The position numbers were made by a program, and so were the translations under genes. From Haliotis rubra (Eukaryota), in contig NW_025765481.1 of the NCBI RefSeq assembly GCF_003918875.1, positions 1,178,001 through 1,242,000 of the forward strand: DNA of 64,000 nucleotides. Direction: 5' to 3'. The notes below the pieces were generated by a model. The model saw nothing but the letters and a program-made list of their open reading frames with translations. It did no database searches and was not told where the DNA came from. This document shows positions 29,587 through 42,210 of this stretch, in pieces. The first letter of the stretch is position 1. Each line of letters starts with the position of its first letter.

Positions 29587-30022
29587 GGGGCGATGGGGTT
29601 TCCTAGTGGTAAAAGTGAGTGAGTGAGTGAGATGGGTTTTACGCCGCTTTTAGCAATATTCCAGCAATATCACGGCCGGGAACACCAGAAATGGGCTTCA
29701 CACATTGTGCCCATGTGGGGATTCGAACCCGGGTTTTCGGCGTGACGAGCGAACGCCTTAACCACTAGGCTTCCCCACCGCCCCTAAAGCGTTGAGTTGT
29801 AACATCGAAGACCATGCGTAAAAACCATACTCACTCACTCTTTGGCGCACGCAGTTCCTCTTCTGATAGTTAATCATTTTCTTCAGTGAGTGAGTGAGTA
29901 TAGTTTTACGACGCTTTCAGCAATATTCAACGCCGGGGGACACTAGAAATGGGCTTCATACATTGTACCCATGTGGGAAATCGAACCCGGGTCTTCGGCG
30001 TGAAGGGCAAACGCTTTAACCA
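29587..30022. mobile_element. Cluster of three SINE A copies (minus copy 29615-29785 nested in a plus copy; another minus copy 29886-30022)
   Basis: Consensus matches. The plus copy is split around the minus copy. Confidence 0.85.
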
Positions 30023-30410
30023 TAAAGTATATTCAAGCATCGAACAGTTTGATCGGTCACCGTTGAGATTTCCAGCGGTCTTGTTATACCTATCGCTAAA
30101 AACGTTATGTTGGCAATGAACAGTCAACCTGCAATAAACATGACTTTTAACGAGTTAAGGTATAGCATTTCCGATATATGTATAGTTTCTCTGTTAAACT
30201 AACGTTCGTCCCAAGGCGTCAATAACTGTTATCTTATCATGGTATATAAATAACGGTGAGTTCGTCAATAACGCCCACAATTTGTATACGGGTATGCAAA
30301 ATGTTTTAACATAAAATATATGTTTGTATTTAACGGTTGAAGTAACTATGCACGTTGTCTTCTTGAGTTCAGCAATAAAACACCATCAGCAACAAGTCGA
30401 CGTCACCGCC

Positions 30411-33400
30411 ATGGTTCCGTCAGTCAAGGTCATCGTGACGGCGCTGGTCCTCCTGTGTGTGATGATAGACGGAGTAAACACCATGTGTGAGTAAGCTATG
30501 TTCACAGAGAAGAGTCACTGGGTGTGTTTGTATGTACATGTACATTTACTTGGGCGTGTACCTTTAAGGTCATCTGTATGGTCCCGGTACACGAACCCGA
30601 GAAGATCCGGGTTAGAATTGATTATCAGTAGCCTATGCTTGTCGTTAGAGGCGACTAACGGGATCGGGTGGTCAGGCTCGCTGACTTGGTCGACACATGA
30701 CACTGTCTCCCAATTACGTAGAACGATGCTCATGATATTGATCAGTGGATTGCCTGGTCCAGACTCGATTACATAAACACCGCCGCCATATAGCTGGAAC
30801 ATTGCTGAGTGCGGCTTAAAACTAAACTCACTCACACACTCACCCAGTACCCGATCAGCTTATGGACGGTCGGTAGACGTATTAGTAACAAGCTAGCAAA
30901 AACAACAATAACAACAACCACAGTAACAATAACAACGATTAGAGAGAACAGCAATAACAACTAGAAAAACAACAACAATACTAACTATATGTATAACACA
31001 GCAACAACAGCGATAATAATGATAATAATATCATAAATAAACTATAAAGAGGATATTAGTATTTACTTGTCAATGTTACGTTTATCTCCCAGAGTGTCCT
31101 AAAATGTTACAGTAACTATTCCCATGTGGTTTTGTCAATACGCCTTCTGTTGCTGGAATTCGAATTTCGTTTTCAGCTAAACTGACTGTACACTGACTCA
31201 CAACCAACTCTTTTGTTCTCTCAGACTGTGACGTGGCCGTCAACACCGACATCGTCATCGCCATCCATGACAGTGCCTCAACAATGCAGTCGTTTTGGGG
31301 AGGGATTGCTATCTCCCCTGGTTTAGCCAACTTCCTGCGTTCTTTCGTCACCCTATTCGACTTATCCAGGGTCCGGATCTCTTTGGTGGCATACGGGACA
31401 ACGGTACGTGAGCTCTGCGCCTTCACCAACGTGTCGTCAACGCTGCAGACGGCGTTACGGTGGAGACCGGAGTTCGGAACAGCGAGAACTTACGACGCCG
31501 TACGCTTCATCAGCAACCTCTTCAGAGCACATGCCCGCCCCAACACGGCCAAACTCGCCATATTCCTCACCAACGTAGCATCTGGGAACTATGTAGCTAC
31601 AGTGTCCGAGAGCATCCAGTTGAGGGCGGAGGAAGTTGCTATCGTCGGCGTGGCCTTCGGACAGAGTCCTGCCAGAGAGCTGGTGATGATGGCGGGAGGC
31701 AATTCCCTACAACTTATCTCCACAACATCGGACTTCCTTCTGATGCAGGAAAGCCCAAGGATCAAGAGGCTCATATGTTATCGTGAGTAGGACGTGGGGG
31801 CTGGACATAGTTTGTTGACCGTTGAGTACGAATCTAGGCGATGAAAACCAGCACGGTGGCGATGTTTACTGTCAGCAGCTTCTTTCAGTGCTTCGGGGGG
31901 CGGTGGGGGTAGCCTAATGGTTAAGGCGTCCGCTCGTCACTCTGAAGACCCGGGTTCGATTCCCCACATGAGCACAATGTGTGAAGCCCATTTCTGGTGT
32001 CCCCCGCCTTGCTATTGCTGGAATATTGCAAAAGCGGCGTAAAACTATACTCACTCACTCACTCAGAGCTTCGTCCTTTATGAATGCCAGAAAGTGTGGT
32101 CGTTGGTCCAAGTCCCAGGTCATTCCTTAATCTGTTTCCTCCTTTGTAAGCACCACCGCTGTGGTCGTGGTATTCACCAAAGGGGTAATTATCTGGGACC
32201 TGCATCAGCAAAGGCTTTTAACCTACGGGAAACTAAGATGCCCTTATTCATCTGGATTGATGTTCAATGCGGCGATAAACCCCTCACTCACTCGACATAG
32301 TCATATTAATCCGAAGCACTTATCAAAGCAATGAAATTTTATGCCTGTTTACTATCAGTAATATACATACATAACTGTCATGGCTTTCCACATATGCAAA
32401 TGGGTTCTGTGTGCCGTCTCCTCGTACATAGCCAATGTAGTGTATCCGTGAAGATTCGGGTTAGAATACTTGTCGTAAGAGGCGACTAAAATGGGATTGG
32501 GTGGTCAGGTTCGTTGACTTTTTTGACACGTGTCATCGTATCACAATTGATGTTGATCGCTGGATAGTCTGTTCCGGACTCGATTATTTACAGACCGCCA
32601 CCATATAGCTGGAATATTGCAGAGTTCCAACAACAAACCAACAGAACCTATGTAGTGAGTGCTAAACGTCTAGTGCAGGTTATGTGTATCTACAGTTATA
32701 AGCTTCATTTTACAGTGGCTCATGTGTACCGGCAAATACTGGCGAGACGACCTACAACCACTCTCCCTACCACAATCATAACCACTACCACCGCAACTAC
32801 CACTACCACTACTGCCACTACCACTACGAGAAGCCTACAATTCATTAACCTGTGCTGCTCCACTACAATGGCTGCTCCACTCAGTAAGTATTTTGTGGAT
32901 CGCTCAGGACAGCATTAACACCGACTAGTTCGGTTGTAGATCAGTTGTTTTACGCCAAACGGACTATAGTAAAGAAACGGTCAAAGAACGGTCAAGAGGA
33001 AACGAAACCAGGATCCTCTGATTTCCAGATTCATCCAGTCACGATATGGCTGAAATATTGCCGATGTGACGTCAACTTTTAACTCACTCACTTCAGATTC
33101 ATCCATGATCCTGGCCTTTAGGCGGTAAGGTAGCCCAGTGGATAAAGCGACACAAAAGACCCGGGTTCGATATCTAATGTGGAGAATGTATTAGTACCCG
33201 ACGTGATGTTGTTGCAATGTTGCTAAAAGTGGCGTTGAACCAGACTCACTCACGTTGGGATGTCCACTCACAGGAATTTTATGCGCCTAGAAAGCTGAAA
33301 TAATGTTTAAATCTACGTTACACTTTACTAACTTACTCATGGATAAGGCTCTGCGCTCTACGGAAAGCTTTTAGGGCCATTTGTTTCTTGCTATTTTAAG

Positions 33401-34648
33401 GAATGTAAGTTGAAAATGCAAGATATAAAATTGAAATTTCAGGTTATTTTCTTGGTAATGTCAACTTGTTATGTATCTGGAAATTTCCACCTAGATTTCA
33501 TCATCGTATCTTGAACTTTCAGTAGAAATAATTATAAAGTTAAACGGCCCTAAAAGGCTTTAGTTTAGCTAGACGACCTGGGTAGAGTAATTCGGTGCTT
33601 GTCAACAGCGATTGACACAATGTCAGTGCACAGATATATTTAAGCACTGGTCCGACTGTGGCTTCGTTGTATGAGGTTCTGCAATTTAGTTAGTGGAGTG
33701 TGTCCTCGACCAGTGGAAGGATCCTGTGAGGGCGGATTCATATGTCAAATTCGGTATGATTGAATTGTCTACATTTGTACCAATTCTCGCTCAGCACGAC
33801 TTTAACCTGGACGGAGTGGTGGGGTAGCCTAGAGGTTAAAGCTTTCGCTCGTCACGCCGAAGACCCGGGTTCGATTCCCCACATGGGTACGATGTGTGAA
33901 GCCCATTTCTGGTGTCCCCGCCGTGATATTGCTGGAATGTTGCAAAACGCGGCGTAAAACTAAACACACTCAAACTGGACCCACGTTGGATCGCTTTGGC
34001 ATTATTTATTAAATAAATATTAATTTAATCCATTGTACCTTTACAGTTGCAGCTGTCGTGTCGGACATCATGTTGGTGTTGGACCACTCGGACAGTACCA
34101 GACGTTTCTCGGGGCTGACAGCCAGCTGGGCGTCCGCCCTTTCCATTTTTGCCACTGCATTTGTGAATCGCCTCGTCACCGCTGACGGAACCTGCACCGT
34201 CGGTCTCACAACGTTTTCCGATACGGCGACAACACGTCAACAACTAACAACTAACAAGACCATCTTCACAGACACCGTCGACATGGTCGCAGCCAACAAC
34301 ACCATCCCCTTCGGCGGATCCAACATCGCTGCCGCCATCACCCTGGCAACCAATGAACTTATCAACAACGGCAATGCAGGAGCTCAGAAAGTGATTTACA
34401 TCGTTGTGGACGGGTCTCCGAATGATGCTGCTACCCTGGAAACTGCTGCCCAAACGACCGCCGCTGCTGGCGTCACCGTGTACGCGGTCTCTTTGCGGAC
34501 GCTCAGTGGCCTGGCGGTGACACAGGCGACTCTCAACACCATCGCTCAGGATCCTGTTCGGACATTCGCTAATCGGTTGGACTCGGATCTTGTAGACTTG
34601 ACAACAAATCTTCCTTCCGGAATCTGTCCCAATGCATTCACTCCTTAG
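30411..34648 (+). CDS. Secreted double-vWA protein with Thr-rich linker, gene 1 (exons 30411-30486, 31225-31782, 32716-32883, 34047/34053-34648)
   Basis: Signal peptide MVPSVKVIVTALVLLCVMIDGVNT. vWA1 (TDIVIAIHDSAS...AKLAIFLTN). Thr-rich exon. vWA2 with MIDAS DHSDS...VVDG. All introns phase 1. Likely 5'UTR exon ending 29324 and AATAAA at 35611. Confidence 0.88.
30594..30843 (+). mobile_element. SINE family B (tRNA-less, structured 5' end)
   Basis: (g/a)acccg.gaagatccgggttagaat...gcttgtcgt.agaggcgactaacgggatc...gctggaa.attgctgagtgcggc.taaaactaaactcactc. Confidence 0.9.
30900..31040. repeat. Degenerate (AAC/AAT)n microsatellite
   Basis: Runs of aacaacaataacaac and gataataat. Confidence 0.75.
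31896..32064 (+). mobile_element. SINE family A
   Basis: Full consensus. TSD approximately tcag(t/a)gcttcg. Confidence 0.9.
33813..33971 (+). mobile_element. SINE family A
   Basis: Full consensus. Flanks aacctggac/aaactggac. Confidence 0.88.
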
Positions 34649-34840
34649 TAATGAAACAGGGAACGGTGTGCTTGTTATTAAGACCATCGGAGAAAAACGG
34701 TGTAGGGTTTATTTATTTCCCATAGAATTCCTCTACCCACTTCCCCACCAACGGATATTGATAGGTCAACAGTTTAAGATCATGTTGGTCCACATTTGTT
34801 GAAAAAACGATACGGATTACGTTTCTTGGATTACGATATA

Positions 34841-35225
34841 GTATTGATCATGATTACAGTATTGATCATGATTACAGTATTGATCAGGATTACAGTATTG
34901 ATCAGGATTACAGTATTGATCAGGATTACAGTATTGATCACGATTACAGTATTGATCATGATTACAGTATTGATCATGATTACAGTATTGATCATGATAA
35001 CAGTATTGATCATGATTACAGTATTGATCATGATAACAGTATTGAGCAGGATTAGAGTATTGATCAGGATTACAGTATTGATCATGATAACAGTATTGAT
35101 CATGATTACAGTGTTGATCATGGTTATTGTTGATCATGATTAAAGTATTGATCATGATTAAAGTATTGATCATGATTACAGTATTTACAGTATTGATCAT
35201 GATAACAGTATTGATCATGATTACA
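34841..35225. repeat. 18-bp minisatellite (gtattgatcatgattaca)n, about 21 units
   Basis: Directly visible. Produces the spurious MINTVI/HDQYCN repeat ORFs. Confidence 0.97.
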
Positions 35226-36548
35226 TTTCATAACCTTCACGGCACATAATGCCTAATATGGCCAGTTTGTAGACTCCATAATGAACATATATTTATCGGT
35301 AGTCTATCAGCTATGGCTTATGTTATTTATATATTTTTGTTTCAGTGTTTTGATGTATTCTTATTTGCTCATGGCTAATTGTAAGACATCATGTTTGAGC
35401 CTGGAAGGCAATGGTCTAATTTATTTTCATACTTGTGTTGATATGAATATTTATTTTCAATTAATCATCAGTGAAAACATGAACTTTTATTTATAGAAGG
35501 TGCATGCATTGTCTGTCATCAAGAAATGAGCTCTTGTCTGGAATACTGTTTATCGCATTCAATGTAATTGACTCAATGACTCCATATTTTTACATAATAC
35601 CATGATAACAAATAAATGCTTGATGATAGGTAAACATTATGCTTCTTTTTAAAGAGATGTTTACGGCAGCTTTGAACGAAGGAAGAGCATGAGTTCAGAT
35701 TACCAAAATGAACGTATCATCATTGAAATGTTTGTCTATACAAAATTTGTTGGTGATGTCGTCCACAGCGTGGTGAAAGCTTTGGTGAGTCAAGTCATGT
35801 CGAGTGAGTCGGTCGTGTTATTCAAAGAATGCTTGATGACAGGTTGAGTGCAACGGGTGTGTTGCTACATTCAAACGGGGAGGTGGGGCGGCCTTGTGTT
35901 AATAGCGTCCGCTCGTCACACCGTCAAGACCCGGTCTCGAATCACCACATGGGTGCAATCTGTGAAGCCATTTCTGGTGACTCCCGCCGTAATATTGCTG
36001 GAATAATGCAAAAAGCGGCGTTAAACAATGCTCATTCACTTCATTCAAACGGTACAGAAATGCCCAATAACGTTAAACATTAAAACGATAAAATTATAGA
36101 TATTCGAGCTCAGAAGGGCCATTGGTATTAGTTCATCAAAACCGTTCATCATAATGCGCATTTCGCCTATATGCACCAGGACAAAACCAAACCAAACCAA
36201 ACAGTTCGTTACATGCATGTTCGTTATAAACGTAGTCTACAGTAATATAGTCTTTTACGAAGTTGGGGATGCTCAAAAATATCTTTTATTGTAAACCAAA
36301 AGTCACCGTGTTCTTTAATCTGATTATTTGAAAAACATGATCGAATGGTATTCGATTCCCGGAAATTGCAAGACTATTCACTGCGTATTGACACGTACAA
36401 TTATCTTACTTTCATGTAAAATACTTTAATTTCATTGGTCAATGACGCTTTAACAAGTTTCCGTGTCACCCCTCCCAGGAGGGTGACAACTGGAAAATAT
36501 ATTACCCGCTGCCACGGTAACCGCCAAGCTCTCCGCCGAGAAGCTGAA

Positions 36549-36765
36549 GCGCTAACAATCGTATGACGTCATAATATGACGCATGCCGTGCCCGGAGTTC
36601 GAAAACCGTTCGATCAGCTGTTTTTGTGTTCACTTTGTACAGATTTATTTTACTGACTTTCACTGTTTTATTTAAGCTATTACTCGCCTACCGGCTCGGG
36701 TGACACTGCTACAAAGAGGCGTATATCAGACCGTGTTACCCTCGAGATAGGCATACAACTTATAT
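36549..36765. repeat. Dispersed unclassified repeat, second copy at ~55004-55398
   Basis: cgctaacaatcgtatgacgtcat...gaaaaccgttcgat.agctgttttt and ccggctcgggt.acactgctacaaaga...ttaccctcgaga are shared by both loci. Confidence 0.75.
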
Positions 36766-37166
36766 TATTGTAGTTATAGTGGTATGGGAATAGGGAACAC
36801 ATTGCAAACGGTAGTGGAGATGCTGTGATCGCCGAAGATCTTGCATGACAAGATGGGAAATAGCAGCTCAGCGTAAAACAACTTAGATTTGTCAAACAAA
36901 AATTCACTCGACGGGGTACAACACTGCGTACGAGTCTCATAATGCCGATGTGATGTCGTCTGCCCCACAAGGCTTGGCCAAGTCAGCCGACGTGGATGGC
37001 TGCCTATGGCGTTGACGCACACGTGTCCCTGTCCTGCCCCAGACGGATACGGTGGGGACAGGGTGTTATGGCATTCTGTAAATGTTGTGCTCCTTGGGGT
37101 GAGCAATTTACGGTTCATGCATGAATAAATGCAGACATAACACTGTTCGTTTTATCAACAAATAGA

Positions 37167-37620
37167 GACCGCCTCCGAGGTCTACTGGATAATGCGTTTG
37201 CCAGAGAACGGAAAATCGGTGGTTCGATCCGTGGCCGCTTCATACCCAAACAAACGTTAAAAGATGGTTCAGGTTCTTACCCTGGCTGCTTTAATGGGTC
37301 AAAACAACGACTGATCAGCACGGAATCGTCATACAGTGTGTGAGCGGGGTATCCATATTCAACCGCGACAAGGTATCCTAGGCTAGCACTATAAAACTAG
37401 CATTNNNNNNNNNNNNNNNNNNNNNNNNNNNNNNNNNNNNNNNNNNNNNNNNNNNNNNNNNNNNNNNNNNNNNNNNNNNNNNNNNNNNNNNNNNNNNNNN
37501 NNNNNNNNNNNNNNNNNNNNNNNNNNNNNNNNNNNNNNNNNNNNNNNNNNNNNNNNNNNNNNNNNNNNNNNNNNNNNNNNNNNNNNNNNNNNNNNNNNNN
37601 TGTAAACTCCATCTCACCTC
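37167..37620 (+). mobile_element. Diverged SINE family C spanning the assembly gap
   Basis: gaccgcctccg head, ggttcgatcc, gctagcactataaa. catctcacctc tail after the gap. Confidence 0.7.
37405..37600. other. Assembly gap (196 N)
   Basis: Run of N. Confidence 1.
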
Positions 37621-38324
37621 ATTTCCTCAAACAAGAAAACATGTTGAGTCTAACACGATCACTTTGTAAATGCAGTCGCCTACAAAATTAACCTCATAGC
37701 TATGTCATAAGGTAAAAGGTCATCTGGACGTATTGGGAGGCTCATCATTATTCTGCATGGCTGAAGTTACTAGTTCACGAGTTCATGACTAGCACTACGT
37801 ATATTCTACCCCATAAAGATTTGCTGATAAGGGTGATGTGCAGGATTATCAGTGATACGCACAAGTCACATCAGTAACATATTTCGTACATGAATAAGAT
37901 TAAAAAAGGAGATATTCTCTTTATATTATAGGATTACATATTGGATTATATTTCTTTATTCACAGTAAGCAACAAAATGTTTTTCCTAAATAGAAAATAA
38001 CCATACAAGTAGTCTATATTTACTAAACGACAATGCAGTGTTCTAGTAAAGAGAAAGAAAATTGAAGAAATATTTGACTATCAGCTTTTTCTAGACGGAT
38101 AGTGGACTTAAATAACTACATTCAAAGAGATGAGATGTTTTCATAATTTAAAATTTTGGCGTCTTCGTTGCAAGATTCAAACTATCTACTTATACAAACG
38201 CTTATGAAATATTTCAAAGCGTCATCACTACACCAACATCAGCGTGCATATTATGTAGAGGTCACGCCTCTAGACTGTGATTGCCAATGTAATCATATTA
38301 ATCTCTTCTAATCAACATGAAACG

Positions 38325-38493
38325 ATTCTGTTCATGTTTACGCTCGATTTGCAATACTGGGGCAGCGCTGGATGCTTGACCGCAACGCTGTCTGATCTTG
38401 ACCCTTGGCTGTAGTCACTTGGCTATATTAGAAGGGACAGTGGACGTGTTGTCATTCCCGTCTATCTTCCTCTGAGTCAGCCGAGTGAAAAGT
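38325..38493 (+). promoter_or_regulatory. Conserved vWA-family promoter plus non-coding exon 1 (gene 2)
   Basis: tgtttacgctcgatttgca, gcgctggatg.ttgacc, gatcttgaccc and TATA-like ggctatattaga (38421). Homologous blocks precede genes 3, 4 and 5. Confidence 0.75.
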
Positions 38494-38763
38494 GTGTGTA
38501 TTTCATTCGTTTCGAGAACATAGTGCCTTTAAAGAATTTTAACACATTCAGTTTGTGTCTTTTTGTAAAACTACGCTATTTTCAACATGGTCGGTCTCGA
38601 TGTGATTACCGCCAAACGTTAACAATATTAGTTACATTTGAGTGTCATTAACATGTTGTTTACCAATTACGGACAGATCCTTCAATTTGGTGCCTGTTTC
38701 TTTGAAGATGTTTTACTTTTTTACCTTGCAGACATTCAACTATTGTTACCATCTTCAGGAAAT

Positions 38764-41700
38764 ATGGAGTTCCTGATGTCGTCTGCTCGCCTGTATCTCG
38801 TCTGCCTGGCCGTCTGTTTCTTGTTAGGAAGATACGCCTCAGCTTCACGTGAGTAAATCCATTGAAATGTTTCTCTGAAAAAGAATAATAACATGAAATT
38901 ACATGAAAAGGATAAACGTTGTATTATATGAACCCAGAGAATGAATTCAGAATGTATAATTGCACGAGACATATAAATTGAATGCAGAATATTTAATATG
39001 TCTTCGATCTATTATAGTTCAATTCTATATAAACTCGAGTGGGAAAAGATAATAATTATGTTTGTTCAGACCTAATTTTACATTTATATATATTTACACA
39101 AATGGTTGTATTACTCGGCTATCGGATAAAAGAAGTCTTGGCGCATTCAGATATGTGATCTACTATCTATATTCTGCATTGGTGGTTCACGTGTCCCTGT
39201 TTCATGTTGTATGTACTGATTACAAAACCGAACTACATGTATGTAATCTACACAAACCTCTGATCAACAAATTCAGTTAGATACAAACTAAGATTCCCAG
39301 ATGTACAACGTGCGATACTTTTCTGATTAACGAATGACCAGTCTCGAACAGAAGACAAAATGGCTGGGGAAATCTATAAATGGGCGAGTGAACATGAACA
39401 AGGTGTCTGTGTGGACATGTTAGATGCAGAGGATGCCGTTTTGTATGATAACATCCTGAAGACGAAGTACCCTAACGTACTTATGTATTATCACATATAT
39501 TGAACTGAGTGTAATTACACAGTGTGTTTTCGATTTCAGCGTGTTCAGTGCCAGTCAACACCGACATCGTGGTCGCCGTTGCTGACTCCAAAGCGACCAT
39601 GTATCACAGCTGGGGAGGAATAGTTCTCTCACCGGGGCTTGTCCATTTTCTCAAATCTTTCGTCACCCAGTGTGACTACAGCAAAGTCCGAATGTCCATC
39701 GTTTCAGTCAGCACCACTGTGAGACTCCTTGCACCTTTCACCAGCAACCCAAACGACCTTCAGCTAGCTATTCAGACTTGGAGACCACAATTTAAGGGAG
39801 CAAAAACCTTTCTGGCTCTGAGGTCCATCAGGTCCTACTTCAAGACAGACGCTCGTCCAAACGCCGCTCGTATTGCCATTGTCGTCACCCCACAGCAATC
39901 AGACAACTATTTCTCCACAGTGTCTGAGAGCCTTCTGCTGAGGGCGGATCACGTCGCCGTCATTGGTGTCGGCTTCGGCCGCTTCGCCCCGTCTCAAGAG
40001 CTGGCCGCAATGGCAGGAAGTCGTGATCGAATCTTGATAACGCCCAACGATTACTTTCTTATTTACTTTGTCAAACCAATCAAGCAACTTATTTGCAAAC
40101 GTGAGTACAACGATTATCAGATTGAAACATTAACAATAACGACACAAATCGAAGTACTTGTAAAGACATATAGCCGATAAAGACACGTCCATTTATTAAT
40201 TTATGTACATATTTTCTTTGACAGTGAGCCAGGTAATTCAGAAGAAGCTGACCACAGGTGTGTTTTTTACCCTATCAATTTTAAAGTTAATTAGGGAAAC
40301 CTTTGTTTCATGTATTGTTCGCGTTGTCGTTATGACATTTGTCATAGATAATAAGATGAGAAAAGACTGATCTCCAACCCTGATGTATGTGGTGTCAAGG
40401 TTTGGTTGGTTTTGTCTGTTGTTTTACGCCGAAATCAGCAATATTCCAGCTAAATGGAGGCGGTCTGTAGCCACGTGTGTAAATACGTGAGTCTAGACCA
40501 GACAATACAGTGACAAACAGCATGAGCATCGATATACACAACTGTGATACGAAGACATGTTTCAACCAAGTCAGAGAGCCTGACCACCTGATCCCGTGTG
40601 TCGCCTCTTACGGCAAGCATGGGTTACTGAAGACCAGTTTTAATCCGGATCTTCAGGGATCTGTGGCATCATGACTGAACTAACTATCTAATATGTCTGC
40701 AGCGTATGATATATTTTCATTTATGTATTTGTTTAAGAGATGAAACAACCTGTATTTATTCCTCAATTATTCCAATAATTTGCAGTTTCATTAACTACGT
40801 CTACCACGACAACAACTACTACTACTGCTACGACAACAACTACAACGCAAACAACTACGACACCAACAACTACAACGCAAACAACAACTACACCGACGAC
40901 AACAACTACAACGCCAATGACAACGGTGGTCAACGACGCAACGACTATGGGTGGTACGTATTAATTGATGGTGTCTTCCCGCGCGATGTTGTTGAAACAT
41001 AAAAAAAATCAATGTCATGTCAGTTTTAATAAGAATATTTCACTAATATATTAGGTATTATAGGGTAATGTTTCAACTATGTATCGTGACCTCTGATAGT
41101 CTAGACATTTCTAGCTTATACAGTCAGAAATGCTTTCCTTAACATGCATTTGGAGCACTTCGACTTAGTGAATAGGTTTAACATCAATGTACCAGATGTA
41201 TTTTCCAGTCAAATAGTTGATCATTGTTTCTTGCCATCAGATCGACAAGCAAGTAGATTCTGTGATTACACAATGTCATTTAGGAAGTGGTCAAATGTAG
41301 CATATGTTATATTTGGGATTACACATTCTCAGTGTAGTACTTTTAGTACAGATTCTAGAACTTTTGTTGGGTCGAGTCCCATCTGGAAGCAGTGGCGGCT
41401 GAGCAGGTTAGACGGCTGACTTTGTGTGCTTACGATCAGGTGCCTGACTCTGAGGGTGTGGGCTCGAATCCCGGATGGGATTCAACCCAACAAAAGGACT
41501 AGAATCTCTACTTTACTGAGGAAGTGTAATCCCAAATAAAACCTATGTTACAAGTAGATTCTGATCCATAACCACCCAGAAGGCGGGGGAGGTCTTTACG
41601 TCACACTACATTTGGATTTTGTTTCTTATTTTTAGCTATTATGGTGGACATTATGGTGTTATTGGACCACTCCGCCAGTACAACCCGTTTCCAAGGTCTA

Positions 41701-42210
41701 AATGCCTTCTATAACCCCGCCATCATTGACTGGTCCAACACGTTCGTCGACAATCTCCCTCTCGCCAGATGCCCCGTCGGCTTCACCGTCTTCGAGAACA
41801 ATGTTCAGACACTGCAGACCATCACCAGCGATAACGCAGTGTTAAACGGCGTCATCAACGCCCTAGCCACCGACAACACCATCCCGTTTGCTAGCTCCGC
41901 TGTCGACCTAGGCATTACAGAGGCAACCAACCAGCTGATCAACAACGGCAATGCTGGAGCGAATAAGGTGTTGGTGGTCCTTCTTGATGGATCGTCTAAC
42001 AATGATGCGGCTACGGAAGCTGCTGCTGTTGCTGCAGAGAATGTGGGGGTGGAGACATGGGTAGTGACCTTTCCGACCCTCATGGGTGTGGCTATCACAC
42101 AGACCCAGCTGCTGGCCATTTCTCGGAACCCAAGTCGTATTATCAGCGTTAACAATGACCAGGAACTACCGCCGGTTGCAGCCAATCTGGTTCTTAGTGT
42201 CTGCCCGTAG
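38764..42210 (+). CDS. Secreted double-vWA protein with Thr-rich linker, gene 2 (exons 38764-38848, 39540-40100, 40225-40257, 40786-40953, 41636-42210)
   Basis: Signal peptide MEFLMSSARLYLVCLAVCFLLGRYASA. 561-nt vWA1 exon. 33-nt microexon LSQVIQKKLTT. 168-nt Thr exon. vWA2 with DHSAS...LLDG. Phase-1 GT-AG junctions. Confidence 0.9.
40405..40661 (-). mobile_element. SINE family B, diverged
   Basis: Reverse complement of the family B consensus. Confidence 0.8.
41263..41550 (+). mobile_element. tRNA-bearing element with inverted termini (copy 2)
   Basis: Perfect 13-bp TSD caagtagattctg (41250-41262 / 41551-41563). ~85-bp inverted arms 41296-41382 and 41472-41550. tRNA-like middle with A box ggctgagcagg and B box ggctcgaatccc. 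33-bp unique tail at left. Confidence 0.8.

Noticed and set aside
34244-34687. Long antisense ORFs over vWA2 exons (also 41805-42389)
   Set aside because: Shadow ORFs from codon bias of the sense vWA coding sequence.
34796-35218. Repetitive ORFs (ITVLIM / HDQYCN / MINTVI)
   Set aside because: Translations of an 18-bp minisatellite, with no splice or start context.
37378-37617. Poly-X ORFs
   Set aside because: Artefacts of the N gap.
40706-41018. Asn/Tyr-rich and Cys-rich ORFs
   Set aside because: Alternative frames of the Thr-rich exon of vWA gene 2.
41505-41550. Hammerhead ribozyme in the tRNA-bearing element arm
   Set aside because: CTGAGGA and a possible stem II are present, but the required GAAA and cleavage triplet context are absent.
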